The notes beneath the pieces are model-generated. The model ran no database searches. It worked only from the letters and a program-made list of their open reading frames with translations, and was not told the origin of the DNA. The position numbers and the translations under genes were made by a program. Positions 11,206 through 19,857 of a stretch of DNA of 32,000 nucleotides are shown piece after piece. The stretch is taken from positions 586,262 to 618,261 of the forward strand of contig NZ_BCZP01000001.1 of assembly GCF_001598795.1 (NCBI RefSeq). Reading direction: 5' to 3'. This stretch comes from Delftia acidovorans NBRC 14950 (GTDB taxonomy: Bacteria; Pseudomonadota; Gammaproteobacteria; Burkholderiales; Burkholderiaceae_C). Every line of letters begins with the position of its first letter. Position 1 is the first letter of the stretch.

Positions 11206-12105
11206 ATGCTTGCCAGCATGGGCTTGCTACTCGATTCCTTCTGGCGTGCGACGGCGTATTGCCTGCATAAGCGGGTGATTGCATGGTCGCTGTTTCCCTT
11301 GCTGTTCATGGCCATCACGGCCTGGCTGCTGGGCTATTTCTTCTGGGCCGATGCCGTCGTCTGGACGGAAGGGGTCCTGCAGGGCGTGGGCTGGCTGCAC
11401 ACCGTCTGGTCCTGGATGGGCGTGCAATCGCTGCCCGAGCTGGTGGCGCCGGTGCTGGTCGTGCTCTCGGTCACGCCGGTGCTGGTCGTGGTCTCGCTGC
11501 TGCTGGTGGCGCTGTTCATGACGCCGGCCCTGGTCGAGCTGGTGGCCCAGCGGCGTTTTCCCGCGCTGGAGCGCAGGCAGGGCGCCACCCTGGTCGGCAG
11601 CCTGGTGTGGTCCGCAGGCTCTTCGCTGATTGCCTTGATCGCGCTGCTGGTGTCGGTGCCGCTGTGGTTCGTGCCGCCCTTGGTGGTGGTGATCCCGCCG
11701 CTGATCTGGGGCTGGCTGACCTACCGCGTCATGGCCTTTGACGCGCTTTCTGCCCACGCCAGCAAGCCCGAGCGCCGCAGCCTTTTCCTGCGCCACCGCC
11801 TGGCGCTGATGCTCATGGGCGTGGTCTGCGGCTATCTGGGCGCGGCGCCGGCCATTGTCTGGGCCTCCGGCGTGGTCTTTATCGCGGCCTTCTGGATACT
11901 GATTCCGGTGGCCATCTGGATCTATGCGCTGATCTTCGCTTTCTCCTCGCTGTGGTTTGCCCACTTCTGCCTGGCCGCGCTGCAGCGCATGCGCGAGGAG
12001 GAACCGGCGCTGCCCGACACCCCCATCGTGCCCTACGCTCCCGACGCGCCGCTCGGAGCCGGCGCGGCCTCTCCCCCCTCCACCCCGCAAGAAAAGACCT
12101 CATGA
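11206..12105 (+). CDS. Multi-pass inner-membrane protein, EI24/CysZ-like (family assignment tentative)
   Basis: 299-aa strongly hydrophobic ORF with coherent codon usage. The N-terminus LLDSFWRATAYCLHKRVIAWSLFPLL resembles EI24-domain proteins as I recall them. It has a Pro-rich tail. Confidence 0.6.
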   Translation: MLASMGLLLDSFWRATAYCLHKRVIAWSLFPLLFMAITAWLLGYFFWADAVVWTEGVLQGVGWLHTVWSWMGVQSLPELVAPVLVVLSVTPVLVVVSLLLVALFMTPALVELVAQRRFPALERRQGATLVGSLVWSAGSSLIALIALLVSVPLWFVPPLVVVIPPLIWGWLTYRVMAFDALSAHASKPERRSLFLRHRLALMLMGVVCGYLGAAPAIVWASGVVFIAAFWILIPVAIWIYALIFAFSSLWFAHFCLAALQRMREEEPALPDTPIVPYAPDAPLGAGAASPPSTPQEKTS

Positions 12106-12920
12106 CCCTTCAAGTAGGCGCACTCATCATCGGAGACGAAATCCTGTCGGGCAAGCGTGCCGACAAGCACCTTCCCAAGCTGATCGAGCTGCTGGGCGCG
12201 CGTGGCCTGTCCCTGGCCCATGCCGAGTACGTGGGCGATGACCGGGCGCGCATCACCGATGCCCTGCGCCGCGCCTTCGCATCGCAGGCCGTGGTCTTCA
12301 GCTTTGGCGGCATAGGCGCCACCCCCGACGACCACACGCGCCAATGCGCGGCCGAGGCCCTGGGCGTGCCGCTGGCACTGCACCCGGAAGCCGTGGCCCT
12401 GATCCGCGAGCGCATGCGCGATGTGGCCACCGAAGAAGGCAAGCCCTACGAACCCCAGCGCGCCGACAACCTGCACCGGCTGCAGATGGGCAACTTCCCC
12501 GAAGGCGCGCGCATCATCCCCAACGTCTACAACAAGATCCCGGGCTTTTCCTGCTCGGGCACAGCGGGCACCGTGCACTTCGTGCCCGGTTTCCCTGTCA
12601 TGGCCTGGCCCATGGTCGAGTGGGTGCTGGAGCAGCGCTATGCCAAGCATTTCCACAGCACGGTGCAGCGGGAGCATTCGGTCATCGTCTACGGCGGCAT
12701 GGAGGCCACGTTGACGCCGTTGATGGTGGCCATAGAGCGCGACCACCCGGGCGTCAAGGTGTTCAGCCTGCCCAGCGTGGATGATTCCAAGCACGGCCGG
12801 CACATAGAACTTGGTGTCAAGGGCGAAGCTGGTGCCGTCACCAAGGCTTGGCCCACGCTGCTGGAAGGTTTGCACTCATTTGGTGCAATTCTTGGCCCTG
12901 AATTGGTGCGCAATATCTGA
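12102..12920 (+). CDS. CinA-like / molybdopterin-binding (MoCF_BD) domain protein
   Basis: ATG 12102 overlaps the upstream stop (ATGA). The N-terminus is MTLQVGALIIGDEILSGKRADKHLPKLIELL...FSFGGIGATPDDHT, typical of the CinA N-terminal domain. Confidence 0.75.
   Translation: MTLQVGALIIGDEILSGKRADKHLPKLIELLGARGLSLAHAEYVGDDRARITDALRRAFASQAVVFSFGGIGATPDDHTRQCAAEALGVPLALHPEAVALIRERMRDVATEEGKPYEPQRADNLHRLQMGNFPEGARIIPNVYNKIPGFSCSGTAGTVHFVPGFPVMAWPMVEWVLEQRYAKHFHSTVQREHSVIVYGGMEATLTPLMVAIERDHPGVKVFSLPSVDDSKHGRHIELGVKGEAGAVTKAWPTLLEGLHSFGAILGPELVRNI
12871..12887. promoter_or_regulatory. NtrC binding site 1 (inside the 3' end of the CinA-like CDS)
   Basis: TGCACTCATTTGGTGCA matches the consensus TGCACC-N5-GGTGCA at 11/12 positions and is a perfect TGCAC-N7-GTGCA dyad. 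Confidence 0.7.
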
Positions 12921-12942
12921 TTTACGGGCCGGTCCCTGAATC

Positions 12943-12959
12943 TGCACCGATTTGGTGAA
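12943..12959. promoter_or_regulatory. NtrC binding site 2
   Basis: TGCACCGATTTGGTGAA matches the NtrC consensus at 11/12 positions. Its centre is 72 bp from site 1. Confidence 0.65.
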
Positions 12960-13072
12960 GATGCCGGGCGGTGGATCGAATGCCGACAGAGGCCTCAATG
13001 TCATCCACAAGCCCTTCCCAAGGCGGCAGAATCACGGGGCTGGCGCGCCAAGCAGGTGCCAGTCTGCAGGCA

Positions 13073-13089
13073 TGCACTCAATGGATGCA
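13073..13089. promoter_or_regulatory. NtrC-like site 3, abutting the -24 element
   Basis: TGCACTCAATGGATGCA matches the consensus at 10/12 positions and ends 4 nt before the sigma-54 -24 element. Confidence 0.45.
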
Positions 13090-13092
13090 GCC

Positions 13093-13108
13093 TGGCACGC
13101 AAACTGCT
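13093..13108 (+). promoter_or_regulatory. Sigma-54 (-24/-12) promoter of glnA
   Basis: cTGGCACGcaaaCTGCTt has GG (13094-95) and GC (13106-07) at the canonical 10-nt spacing. YTGGCACG is matched exactly. It lies about 50 nt upstream of the glnA ATG. Confidence 0.8.
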
Positions 13109-13156
13109 TAAGAGTATTTATCTTTTTTGATCAGCCAGATTGGCAGGAGAGATCTG

Positions 13157-14572
13157 ATGGCAAAGACCGTTGCAGACGTGTTGAACATGGTGAAGGAGAA
13201 CGAGGTCAAATTCGTGGACCTTCGTTTTACGGACACCCGTGGCAAGGAGCAGCACGTCACGGTGCCGGTGTCGCACTTCGACGAAGACAAGTTCACCTCG
13301 GGCCACGCCTTCGACGGCTCGTCGGTGGCAGGCTGGAAGGGCATTGAAGCATCTGACATGCAGCTGATGCCCGATCCCGCTACCGCGAACATCGACCCCT
13401 TCTTTGAAGAGACCACGCTGTTCCTGCAGTGCGATGTGATCGAACCCGGTGATGGCAAGGCCTACGACCGCGATCCCCGCTCCGTGGCCAAGCGTGCCGA
13501 AGCCTATCTGAAGGCATCGGGCCTGGGCGACACCGCCTACTTCGGACCCGAACCCGAATTCTTCATCTTCGACGGCGTGCGCTGGAACACCGAACCCGGC
13601 AGCACCTTCTACGAAATCGAAGAGTACGAAGCACCCTGGAATTCGGGCGCCAAGTTCGAATCCGGCAACCGCGGCCACCGTCCGCGCAACAAGGGCGGCT
13701 ACTTCCCCGTGCCCCCCGTGGACAGCACCCAGGATCTGCGCGCCGAAATGGTGCTGCTGCTCGAACAGCTGGGCATTCCCGTCGAAGTGTTCCACCACGA
13801 AGTGGCTGGCGCCGGCCAGAACGAGATCGGCACCCGCTTCAGCACCCTGGTGGAGCGCGCCGACTGGACACAGGTCATGAAGTACGTGATCTGGAACGTG
13901 GCCAACACCTACGGCAAGACCGCCACCTTCATGCCCAAGCCCTATCCGGGCGACAACGGCTCGGGCATGCACGTGCACCAGTCCGTCTGGAAGGATGGCA
14001 AGAACCTGTTCGCAGGTGACGGCTACGCCGGCCTGTCCGACTTCGCGCTGTACTACATCGGCGGCATCATCAAGCACGCCCGTGCCCTGAACGCCATCAC
14101 CAATCCCGGCACCAACAGCTACAAGCGCCTGGTGCCCGGCTTCGAGGCTCCGGTCAAGCTGGCCTACTCGGCCAAGAACCGCTCGGCATCGATCCGCATC
14201 CCCTACGTGGCCAACCCCAAGGGCCGCCGCGTCGAGGCACGCTTCCCCGATCCGCTGATGAACCCCTACCTGGGCTTCTCGGCCCTGCTGATGGCAGGTC
14301 TGGACGGCGTGGAAAACAAGATCCATCCCGGCGAAGCCGCGACCAAGGATCTGTACCACCTGCCCCCGGAAGAGGACAAGCTGGTGCCCACGGTCTGCCA
14401 CAGCCTGGACCAGGCCCTGGAAGCGCTGGACGCGGACCGCTCGTTCCTGACCAAGGGCGGCGTGTTCTCGGACAGCATGCTCGATGCCTACATCGAGCTG
14501 AAGATGGGCGAAGTGACCCGTTACCGTCAGGCCGTGCATCCGGTCGAGTACGACATGTACTTCTCGCTGTAA
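13157..14572 (+). CDS. glnA: Glutamine synthetase type I
   Basis: ATG 13157 lies 6 nt after AGGAGA. The sequence [33 protein letters not shown]... shows GSI similarity along the full length, including the adenylylation-loop region NLYDLP-like [10 protein letters not shown]. Confidence 0.97.
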   Translation: MAKTVADVLNMVKENEVKFVDLRFTDTRGKEQHVTVPVSHFDEDKFTSGHAFDGSSVAGWKGIEASDMQLMPDPATANIDPFFEETTLFLQCDVIEPGDGKAYDRDPRSVAKRAEAYLKASGLGDTAYFGPEPEFFIFDGVRWNTEPGSTFYEIEEYEAPWNSGAKFESGNRGHRPRNKGGYFPVPPVDSTQDLRAEMVLLLEQLGIPVEVFHHEVAGAGQNEIGTRFSTLVERADWTQVMKYVIWNVANTYGKTATFMPKPYPGDNGSGMHVHQSVWKDGKNLFAGDGYAGLSDFALYYIGGIIKHARALNAITNPGTNSYKRLVPGFEAPVKLAYSAKNRSASIRIPYVANPKGRRVEARFPDPLMNPYLGFSALLMAGLDGVENKIHPGEAATKDLYHLPPEEDKLVPTVCHSLDQALEALDADRSFLTKGGVFSDSMLDAYIELKMGEVTRYRQAVHPVEYDMYFSL

Positions 14573-14583
14573 GGCGAGTCGGC

Positions 14584-14612
14584 AAAAAGGCGGCGCAAGC
14601 CGCCTTTTTTGC
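14584..14612 (+). terminator. Rho-independent terminator after glnA
   Basis: AAAAAGGCGGC, loop GCAA, GCCGCCTTTTTT. It starts 12 nt after the stop codon. Confidence 0.85.
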
Positions 14613-14752
14613 TTTCGGCCAGGACCTGGGTATGCTGGGCGCGGAACCAAAAGGGGTTGGCCCGCTCAAGAAATGACGTCCAGCCCGGAAGATGGAGCGA
14701 TACTTGCCCGGATAAGCCGGGCCCTTCCGATCTGGCTACCCGAGGGAATGGA

Positions 14753-15256
14753 ATGAAGAAACTGTTTGTGTCACTGCTGCTGCCCCTGCTGTCGGTGGGA
14801 GCCTGGTCCCAGGATGTGATCTACCGCTGCGGCAACGAGTACACCAACAACGTCAGCCAGGCCAAGGCCAAGGACTGCAAGCCGGTGGATGGCGGGCATG
14901 TGACGGTGATCCATGGCGGCAGCAAGCCGGCGGCCTCGGGCGGCAGCCAGGCACCGCGCACCTCCGCCGCTCCGGCCGCAGGATCGCCCGCTCCGGCCAA
15001 GGTCAACAGCAGCGCCCAGAAGGCCCGCGACTCCGACGCGCGGACCATTCTGGAAAGCGAGCTGGCCCGCGCCCAGGAGAAGCTGACACAGCTGCGTCAG
15101 GAGTACAACGATGGCAATCCCCAGCGCACCGCATTGGAGTTGCGCAATCCCCAGGGCTATCTGGAACGTGTCGAGCAGCTCAAGAGCAGCATCTCGCGGC
15201 AGGAAGGCGATGTCGCCGGCATCCGCCGTGAGCTGGATCGACTTCCCAAGAACTGA
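14753..15256 (+). CDS. Secreted protein of unknown function (DUF4124-like N-terminus, C-terminal coiled coil)
   Basis: The signal peptide MKKLFVSLLLPLLSVGAWS is followed by QDVIYRCGNEYTNN. The protein continues with a Cys-containing small N-domain, an Ala/Pro/Ser linker and a heptad-like helical tail. The upstream part of the track ORF (14609) is not needed. Confidence 0.7.
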   Translation: MKKLFVSLLLPLLSVGAWSQDVIYRCGNEYTNNVSQAKAKDCKPVDGGHVTVIHGGSKPAASGGSQAPRTSAAPAAGSPAPAKVNSSAQKARDSDARTILESELARAQEKLTQLRQEYNDGNPQRTALELRNPQGYLERVEQLKSSISRQEGDVAGIRRELDRLPKN

Positions 15257-15286
15257 CGGGCCCGCGCGGCCCACCGGAGCCCGGCC

Positions 15287-16363
15287 ATGATCCAGGACGA
15301 CCGGCCGGCGCCCCCGGCCTCCTATCAGGCGCTTGACCTGCTGTGCACGCTGATGACCGTGCTCGACGAGCAGGGTGCCGTGCTTTTCGCCAACGCCGCC
15401 CTTGAAAACGCACTGGGCCTGTCGCGCCGCATGCTCGAAGGCAGCGAGCTGGCGGCCTGTTTCACCGAGCCTGCCTTGCTGGACAAGGCCTTGCGTGGCG
15501 CCCAGGACAACGACTTCGCGGCCCTGCGCTTCGAGGCCAGCCTGCACCGCGTGGGCGGCGATGCGCTGCCCGTGCACGTCACGGTCTCGCTGGCCGAGCG
15601 GCCCGGCCATGTGCTGGTCGAGTTCTGGCCGCTGGAGCAGCAGGCCCGCCAGGACCGCGAGGAGCGGCTGCGCGAGCAGGCCCAGGCGCACAAGGAGCTG
15701 ATCCGCAACCTGGCCCACGAGATCAAGAACCCGCTGGGCGGCATCCGTGGCGCAGCCCAGCTGCTGCAGATGGATCTGGACGCCCCCGAGCTGCGCGAGT
15801 ACACCGAAGTCATCATCCACGAGGCCGACCGGCTGCAGGCGCTGGTGGATCGGCTGCTGGCGCCGCACCGCCATCCGCATGAGGTGGGCGACGTCAACAT
15901 CCACGAAGTCTGCGAGCGCGTGCGCTCGCTGGTGCTGGTCGAGCACCCTGCCGGGCTGACCATCACGCGCGACTACGACATTTCCATCCCGGAGTTCCGA
16001 GGCGACAGCGCCCAACTGATCCAGGCCGTGCTCAACATCGTCCAGAACGCCGCGCAGGCGCTGCAGGAGCGCATTGCGGCTGGTGATGCCGAGATCATTT
16101 TGCGAACGCGCGTGGCCCGGCAGGTAACTTTTGGTCGCCAGCGCTATCGGTTGGCATTGGAATTGCATGTGATCGACAACGGGCCAGGCGTTCCCGATGC
16201 CATCAAGGAGCGGATCTTCTATCCGCTGGTATCGGGAAGGGATGGCGGTTCGGGACTGGGGCTGACGCTGGCGCAGACCTTCGTGCAGCGCCACCAGGGG
16301 CTGATCGAATGTGAAAGCCAGCCGGGCCGCACGGATTTCCGCATCCTCATTCCCCTGCCTTGA
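15287..16363 (+). CDS. ntrB: Nitrogen regulation sensor histidine kinase NtrB/GlnL
   Basis: It has an N-terminal PAS-like domain, the H-box LAHEIKNPLGGIRGAAQLL, and N/G boxes (NIVQNAAQA, DNGPGVP, GGSGLGL). It lies between glnA and ntrC. Confidence 0.92.
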   Translation: MIQDDRPAPPASYQALDLLCTLMTVLDEQGAVLFANAALENALGLSRRMLEGSELAACFTEPALLDKALRGAQDNDFAALRFEASLHRVGGDALPVHVTVSLAERPGHVLVEFWPLEQQARQDREERLREQAQAHKELIRNLAHEIKNPLGGIRGAAQLLQMDLDAPELREYTEVIIHEADRLQALVDRLLAPHRHPHEVGDVNIHEVCERVRSLVLVEHPAGLTITRDYDISIPEFRGDSAQLIQAVLNIVQNAAQALQERIAAGDAEIILRTRVARQVTFGRQRYRLALELHVIDNGPGVPDAIKERIFYPLVSGRDGGSGLGLTLAQTFVQRHQGLIECESQPGRTDFRILIPLP

Positions 16364-16408
16364 GGCCCACGGAAGTCAACACTGCAACAAGGGAAGGATG
16401 CACCACCA

Positions 16409-17977
16409 ATGAAACCGATCTGGATCGTGGATGATGACCCTTCCATCCGCTTCGTGCTGGAAAAGGCACTGGGCCGGGAAGGCTGGGCAACGCGCAGCTT
16501 CATCCAGGCGCGCGATGTGCTCACGGCACTGTCCGATGTCGATGCCGGTGACCCGGCGCGCCAGCCACCCCAGGTGCTGGTGAGCGACATCCGCATGCCC
16601 GGCGGCTCGGGGCTGGAGCTGCTCGAGCAGATCCGCGCCCAGCAGCCGGGCCTGCCCGTCATCATCATGACCGCGTACTCCGACCTGGACAGTGCCGTCT
16701 CGGCCTTTCAGCGCGGAGCCTTCGAATACCTGCCCAAACCCTTCGACCTGCCCAAGGCCGTGGAACTCATCCGGCGCGCCGTCGAGGAAAGCCTGCGCGA
16801 GGATGTGGCCGAGGCCCAGGCCCCGCTGCAGGCCGAGATGCTGGGCCAGGCGCCTGCCATGCAGGACGTGTTCCGCGCCATCGGCCGGCTCAGCCAGAGC
16901 CAGGTCACGGTGCTGATCACGGGCGAGTCGGGCTCGGGCAAGGAACTGGTGGCGCGCGCGCTGCACAAGCACTCGCCCGTAGCGGGTGGCCCCTTCGTGG
17001 CCATCAACACCGCCGCCATCCCCAAGGACCTGCTGGAGTCCGAACTGTTCGGCCACGAGCGCGGCGCCTTCACGGGCGCCCAGACGCAACGGCGCGGACG
17101 CTTCGAGCAGGCCGAGGGCGGCACGCTCTTTCTCGATGAAATCGGCGACATGCCCTTCGACCTGCAGACGCGCCTGCTGCGTGTGCTGTCGGACGGGCAC
17201 TTCTACCGCGTGGGCGGCCACCAGGCCGTCAAGGCCCATGTGCGCGTCATCGCCGCCACCCACCAGGACCTGGAGCAGCGCGTGCGCAACGGCGGCTTCC
17301 GCGAGGATCTGTTCCACCGCCTCAACGTCATCCGCCTGCGCCTGCCCGCGCTGCGCGAGCGCAACGAAGACGTGCCCATGCTGGCACGCCACTTCCTGCA
17401 GCAAAGCGCGCGGCAGCTGGGCGTGGAGCCCAAGCGCATGGGGGTCGATGCCATGCAGCGGCTGCAGTCGTTCGCCTTTCCCGGCAACGTGCGCCAGCTG
17501 GAGAACATCTGCCACTGGCTGACCGTCATGGCGCCAGCCCAGGTCATCTCGGTCAAGGACCTGCCTCCCGAGGTGCTGGGCGAGGCCGCGCCACCCGTGG
17601 GCGGCGGCAATGCCGGCGTGCCCGCACCGGTGATGCTGTCGCATGCGCCGGCCGTGGCGGAAGAGGGAGTGGGCCGCATCGCCATGCCAGCCCCGTCGCT
17701 GGCCCAGCCGCATGACGGGGGGCTGGCCACGTCCGACCTGGACTGGGTGCATCTGCTGGGGCAGCAGGCGCGCCAGCTGCTGGAGCACACTCAGGCCCAG
17801 GGGCATGGCGAGGTCTGGGACCAGCTGTCCCGCCGCTTCGAGGCGCAGTTGATCCGCTCGGCCCTGGCCGTCACCCACGGCCGCCGGGTCGAGGCCGCCC
17901 AGCGCCTGGGCATAGGCCGCAACACCATCACCCGCAAGCTGCAGGAGCTGGGCATGGACGAGGACGCCTTCGAGTAA
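16409..17977 (+). CDS. ntrC: Sigma-54-dependent response regulator NtrC/GlnG
   Basis: It has a receiver domain (WIVDDDPSIR...DIRMPG), an AAA+ domain with GESGSGKE and the GAFTGA loop, and a C-terminal Fis-type HTH (AAQRLGIGRNTITRKLQELG). Confidence 0.95.
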   Translation: MKPIWIVDDDPSIRFVLEKALGREGWATRSFIQARDVLTALSDVDAGDPARQPPQVLVSDIRMPGGSGLELLEQIRAQQPGLPVIIMTAYSDLDSAVSAFQRGAFEYLPKPFDLPKAVELIRRAVEESLREDVAEAQAPLQAEMLGQAPAMQDVFRAIGRLSQSQVTVLITGESGSGKELVARALHKHSPVAGGPFVAINTAAIPKDLLESELFGHERGAFTGAQTQRRGRFEQAEGGTLFLDEIGDMPFDLQTRLLRVLSDGHFYRVGGHQAVKAHVRVIAATHQDLEQRVRNGGFREDLFHRLNVIRLRLPALRERNEDVPMLARHFLQQSARQLGVEPKRMGVDAMQRLQSFAFPGNVRQLENICHWLTVMAPAQVISVKDLPPEVLGEAAPPVGGGNAGVPAPVMLSHAPAVAEEGVGRIAMPAPSLAQPHDGGLATSDLDWVHLLGQQARQLLEHTQAQGHGEVWDQLSRRFEAQLIRSALAVTHGRRVEAAQRLGIGRNTITRKLQELGMDEDAFE

Positions 17978-18078
17978 GGCAAGCCGGCGGGCGGCCGGGC
18001 CCTTGCCTTGGCAAGGGTCCGGCTCCTACAGGCCGGCGCCCGGGGTGCTGACGGGCCGGCCCGCCCGGGCTTGGGACA

Positions 18079-18933
18079 ATGGAGTCCTCTTCGCTGGAAC
18101 GGCCTACGTCCCGACCTATCGTGCCCACAGTCCTCTCCAACCTCTGGCAAAAGGCCAAACCCGCCCGCCCGGGCGTGATGTACCCATCGACACCGCGCAA
18201 GCTCGGCGAGCCGGTCGATGCGTACTGGCATGACCGCTATTTCCTGGAGCCGTACTTCGTGCCGGGGCGCGGCTACGACCAATACCGGCCCGCCTATGCA
18301 CTGGGCTGGAAGGCTTCCCTGTCGCCGGAACACGCGCAGCAGGATTTCGAGTCCGCAGAAGCCCGACTGGAAGAACGCTGGGAGCAGGAACGGGGCGGCA
18401 GCCTGCTGCACTGGAACCAGGTGCGTGAGGCCGTGGAGGCCTCCTGGCTGCAGGCGCGCCGGCGCACGCCCGCACAGCCTGCGGCTTCCACGCTGGAACT
18501 GCAGACCACGGCGCTGCTCAATGCCGTGCTGGCCCTGGGTCGCCAGGCCCATGTCCGGTTGGGCGAATGCATGGATCCCATGCCCCAGGGACTGATAGGC
18601 CAGGTACTGGCGCGCCACTTCAATGCCAGCCAGGTCCTGGTCGATGACCTGGAACGCGCCATCGACGCCAACGGCGGCGTGGTGCTGCCCGTGCGCGACA
18701 GCCGTGCCGCACTGCGTCGCAACGCCTTCTGGGACGGGCTGCTGGGCAGGGAAGAGGGCGCGGACTACGTGCTGGACCAGGCCGAGTCCTGCCAGCAGCA
18801 ATGGCTGAGCGCCTATGAGGCCGCCGAGCAGGCACGCCTGCCCAGGGCGCTCAGCGAGATTCTCCACCGCCAGTCCCTGATGCTGCGCGGCCATATCGAG
18901 GCCATCCACTGGCTGCGCCGCTACATGCTGTAG
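18079..18933 (+). CDS. Hypothetical protein with an aromatic-rich N-module and a helical C-module
   Basis: 284-aa ORF with host-like composition. The start is uncertain (ATG 18079 or ATG 18178), and neither has a good SD. No family is confidently recognised. Confidence 0.55.
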   Translation: MESSSLERPTSRPIVPTVLSNLWQKAKPARPGVMYPSTPRKLGEPVDAYWHDRYFLEPYFVPGRGYDQYRPAYALGWKASLSPEHAQQDFESAEARLEERWEQERGGSLLHWNQVREAVEASWLQARRRTPAQPAASTLELQTTALLNAVLALGRQAHVRLGECMDPMPQGLIGQVLARHFNASQVLVDDLERAIDANGGVVLPVRDSRAALRRNAFWDGLLGREEGADYVLDQAESCQQQWLSAYEAAEQARLPRALSEILHRQSLMLRGHIEAIHWLRRYML

Positions 18934-18948
18934 CGCAAGTCTGAAAGC

Positions 18949-19725
18949 CTAGCCCAATGTCACGACGACCGGCGCATGGTCGCTGGGCTGCGGGTTCTTG
19001 CGCGGCGCGCGATCCACGCTGCAGGCGCTGACGCTGGGGCGCAATGCCTCGCTGACCAGGATGTGGTCGATGCGCAGGCCCCGGTTCTTCTGGAAGCCCA
19101 GCATCCGGTAGTCCCACCACGAATAGCTTTTCTCGGGCTGGTCGAACATGCGGAAGGCATCGGTCAGGCCCAGCTGCAGCAGCGCCTGGAAATGCGTGCG
19201 CTCTTCCACAGTGTGGTGGATCGTGTCCTTCAGGCCGATGGGATCGTAGGAGTCGCGGTCCTCGGGCGCCACGTTGAAGTCACCCACCAGCACCAGGCGC
19301 GGGTGGGTCGCCATTTCGCTTTTCACCCAGTCCTGCAGCGCCTGCAGCCAGCGCATCTTGTAGGCGAACTTGTCGGTGCCCGGCGCCTGCCCATTCACGA
19401 AGTAGCCATTGATCAGGCGCACCGGCCCGCCTTCGGCATCGAGGGTGGCAGCAATGATGCGGGCCTGCTCGTCATCCAGGCCCGGGATATTGCGCACCAC
19501 GTCGCGCACCGGCGTGCGCGTCAGCCAGGCCACGCCGTTGTAGGTCTTTTGCCCATGGCTGACCGCGTGGTAACCGGCCTCCTGCAGCGCCTGCAGCGGA
19601 AACTTGTCGTCGGTGAGCTTGAGTTCCTGCAGCGCCAGCGCATCGACAGGGTTGGCCTGCAGCCAGGCCAGCACCTGCGGCAGGCGCACGGACAGGGAAT
19701 TGACGTTCCAAGTGGCGATTTTCAT
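18949..19725 (-). CDS. xth: Exodeoxyribonuclease III
   Basis: The sequence runs MKIATWNVNSLSVRLPQVLAWL...GDFNVAPEDRD...RIDHILVS...SDHAPVV. These are the EEP-family catalytic motifs of Xth. ATG at 19725 is preferred to the longer track ORF. Confidence 0.93.
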   Translation of the reverse strand: MKIATWNVNSLSVRLPQVLAWLQANPVDALALQELKLTDDKFPLQALQEAGYHAVSHGQKTYNGVAWLTRTPVRDVVRNIPGLDDEQARIIAATLDAEGGPVRLINGYFVNGQAPGTDKFAYKMRWLQALQDWVKSEMATHPRLVLVGDFNVAPEDRDSYDPIGLKDTIHHTVEERTHFQALLQLGLTDAFRMFDQPEKSYSWWDYRMLGFQKNRGLRIDHILVSEALRPSVSACSVDRAPRKNPQPSDHAPVVVTLG

Positions 19726-19857
19726 TTGAAGAATGGTCCTTTGATTTGATTGTCGCATCACGGGTGGCAAGGCTACGATCCCGATGCTGATCTGCCTGGA
19801 GGAGCTTTTGGGAGGGCACATCAGAACCGTCACACTCCATCGACAAGACTATTCAAG

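Noticed and set aside
14626-14642. GG-N10-GC spacing (GGGTATGCTGGGCGC) that could be read as a sigma-54 promoter upstream of the secreted-protein/ntrB genes.
   Set aside because: Only the GG/GC dinucleotides match and the flanking consensus (TGGCAC / TTGCA) is absent. In GC-rich DNA this occurs by chance.
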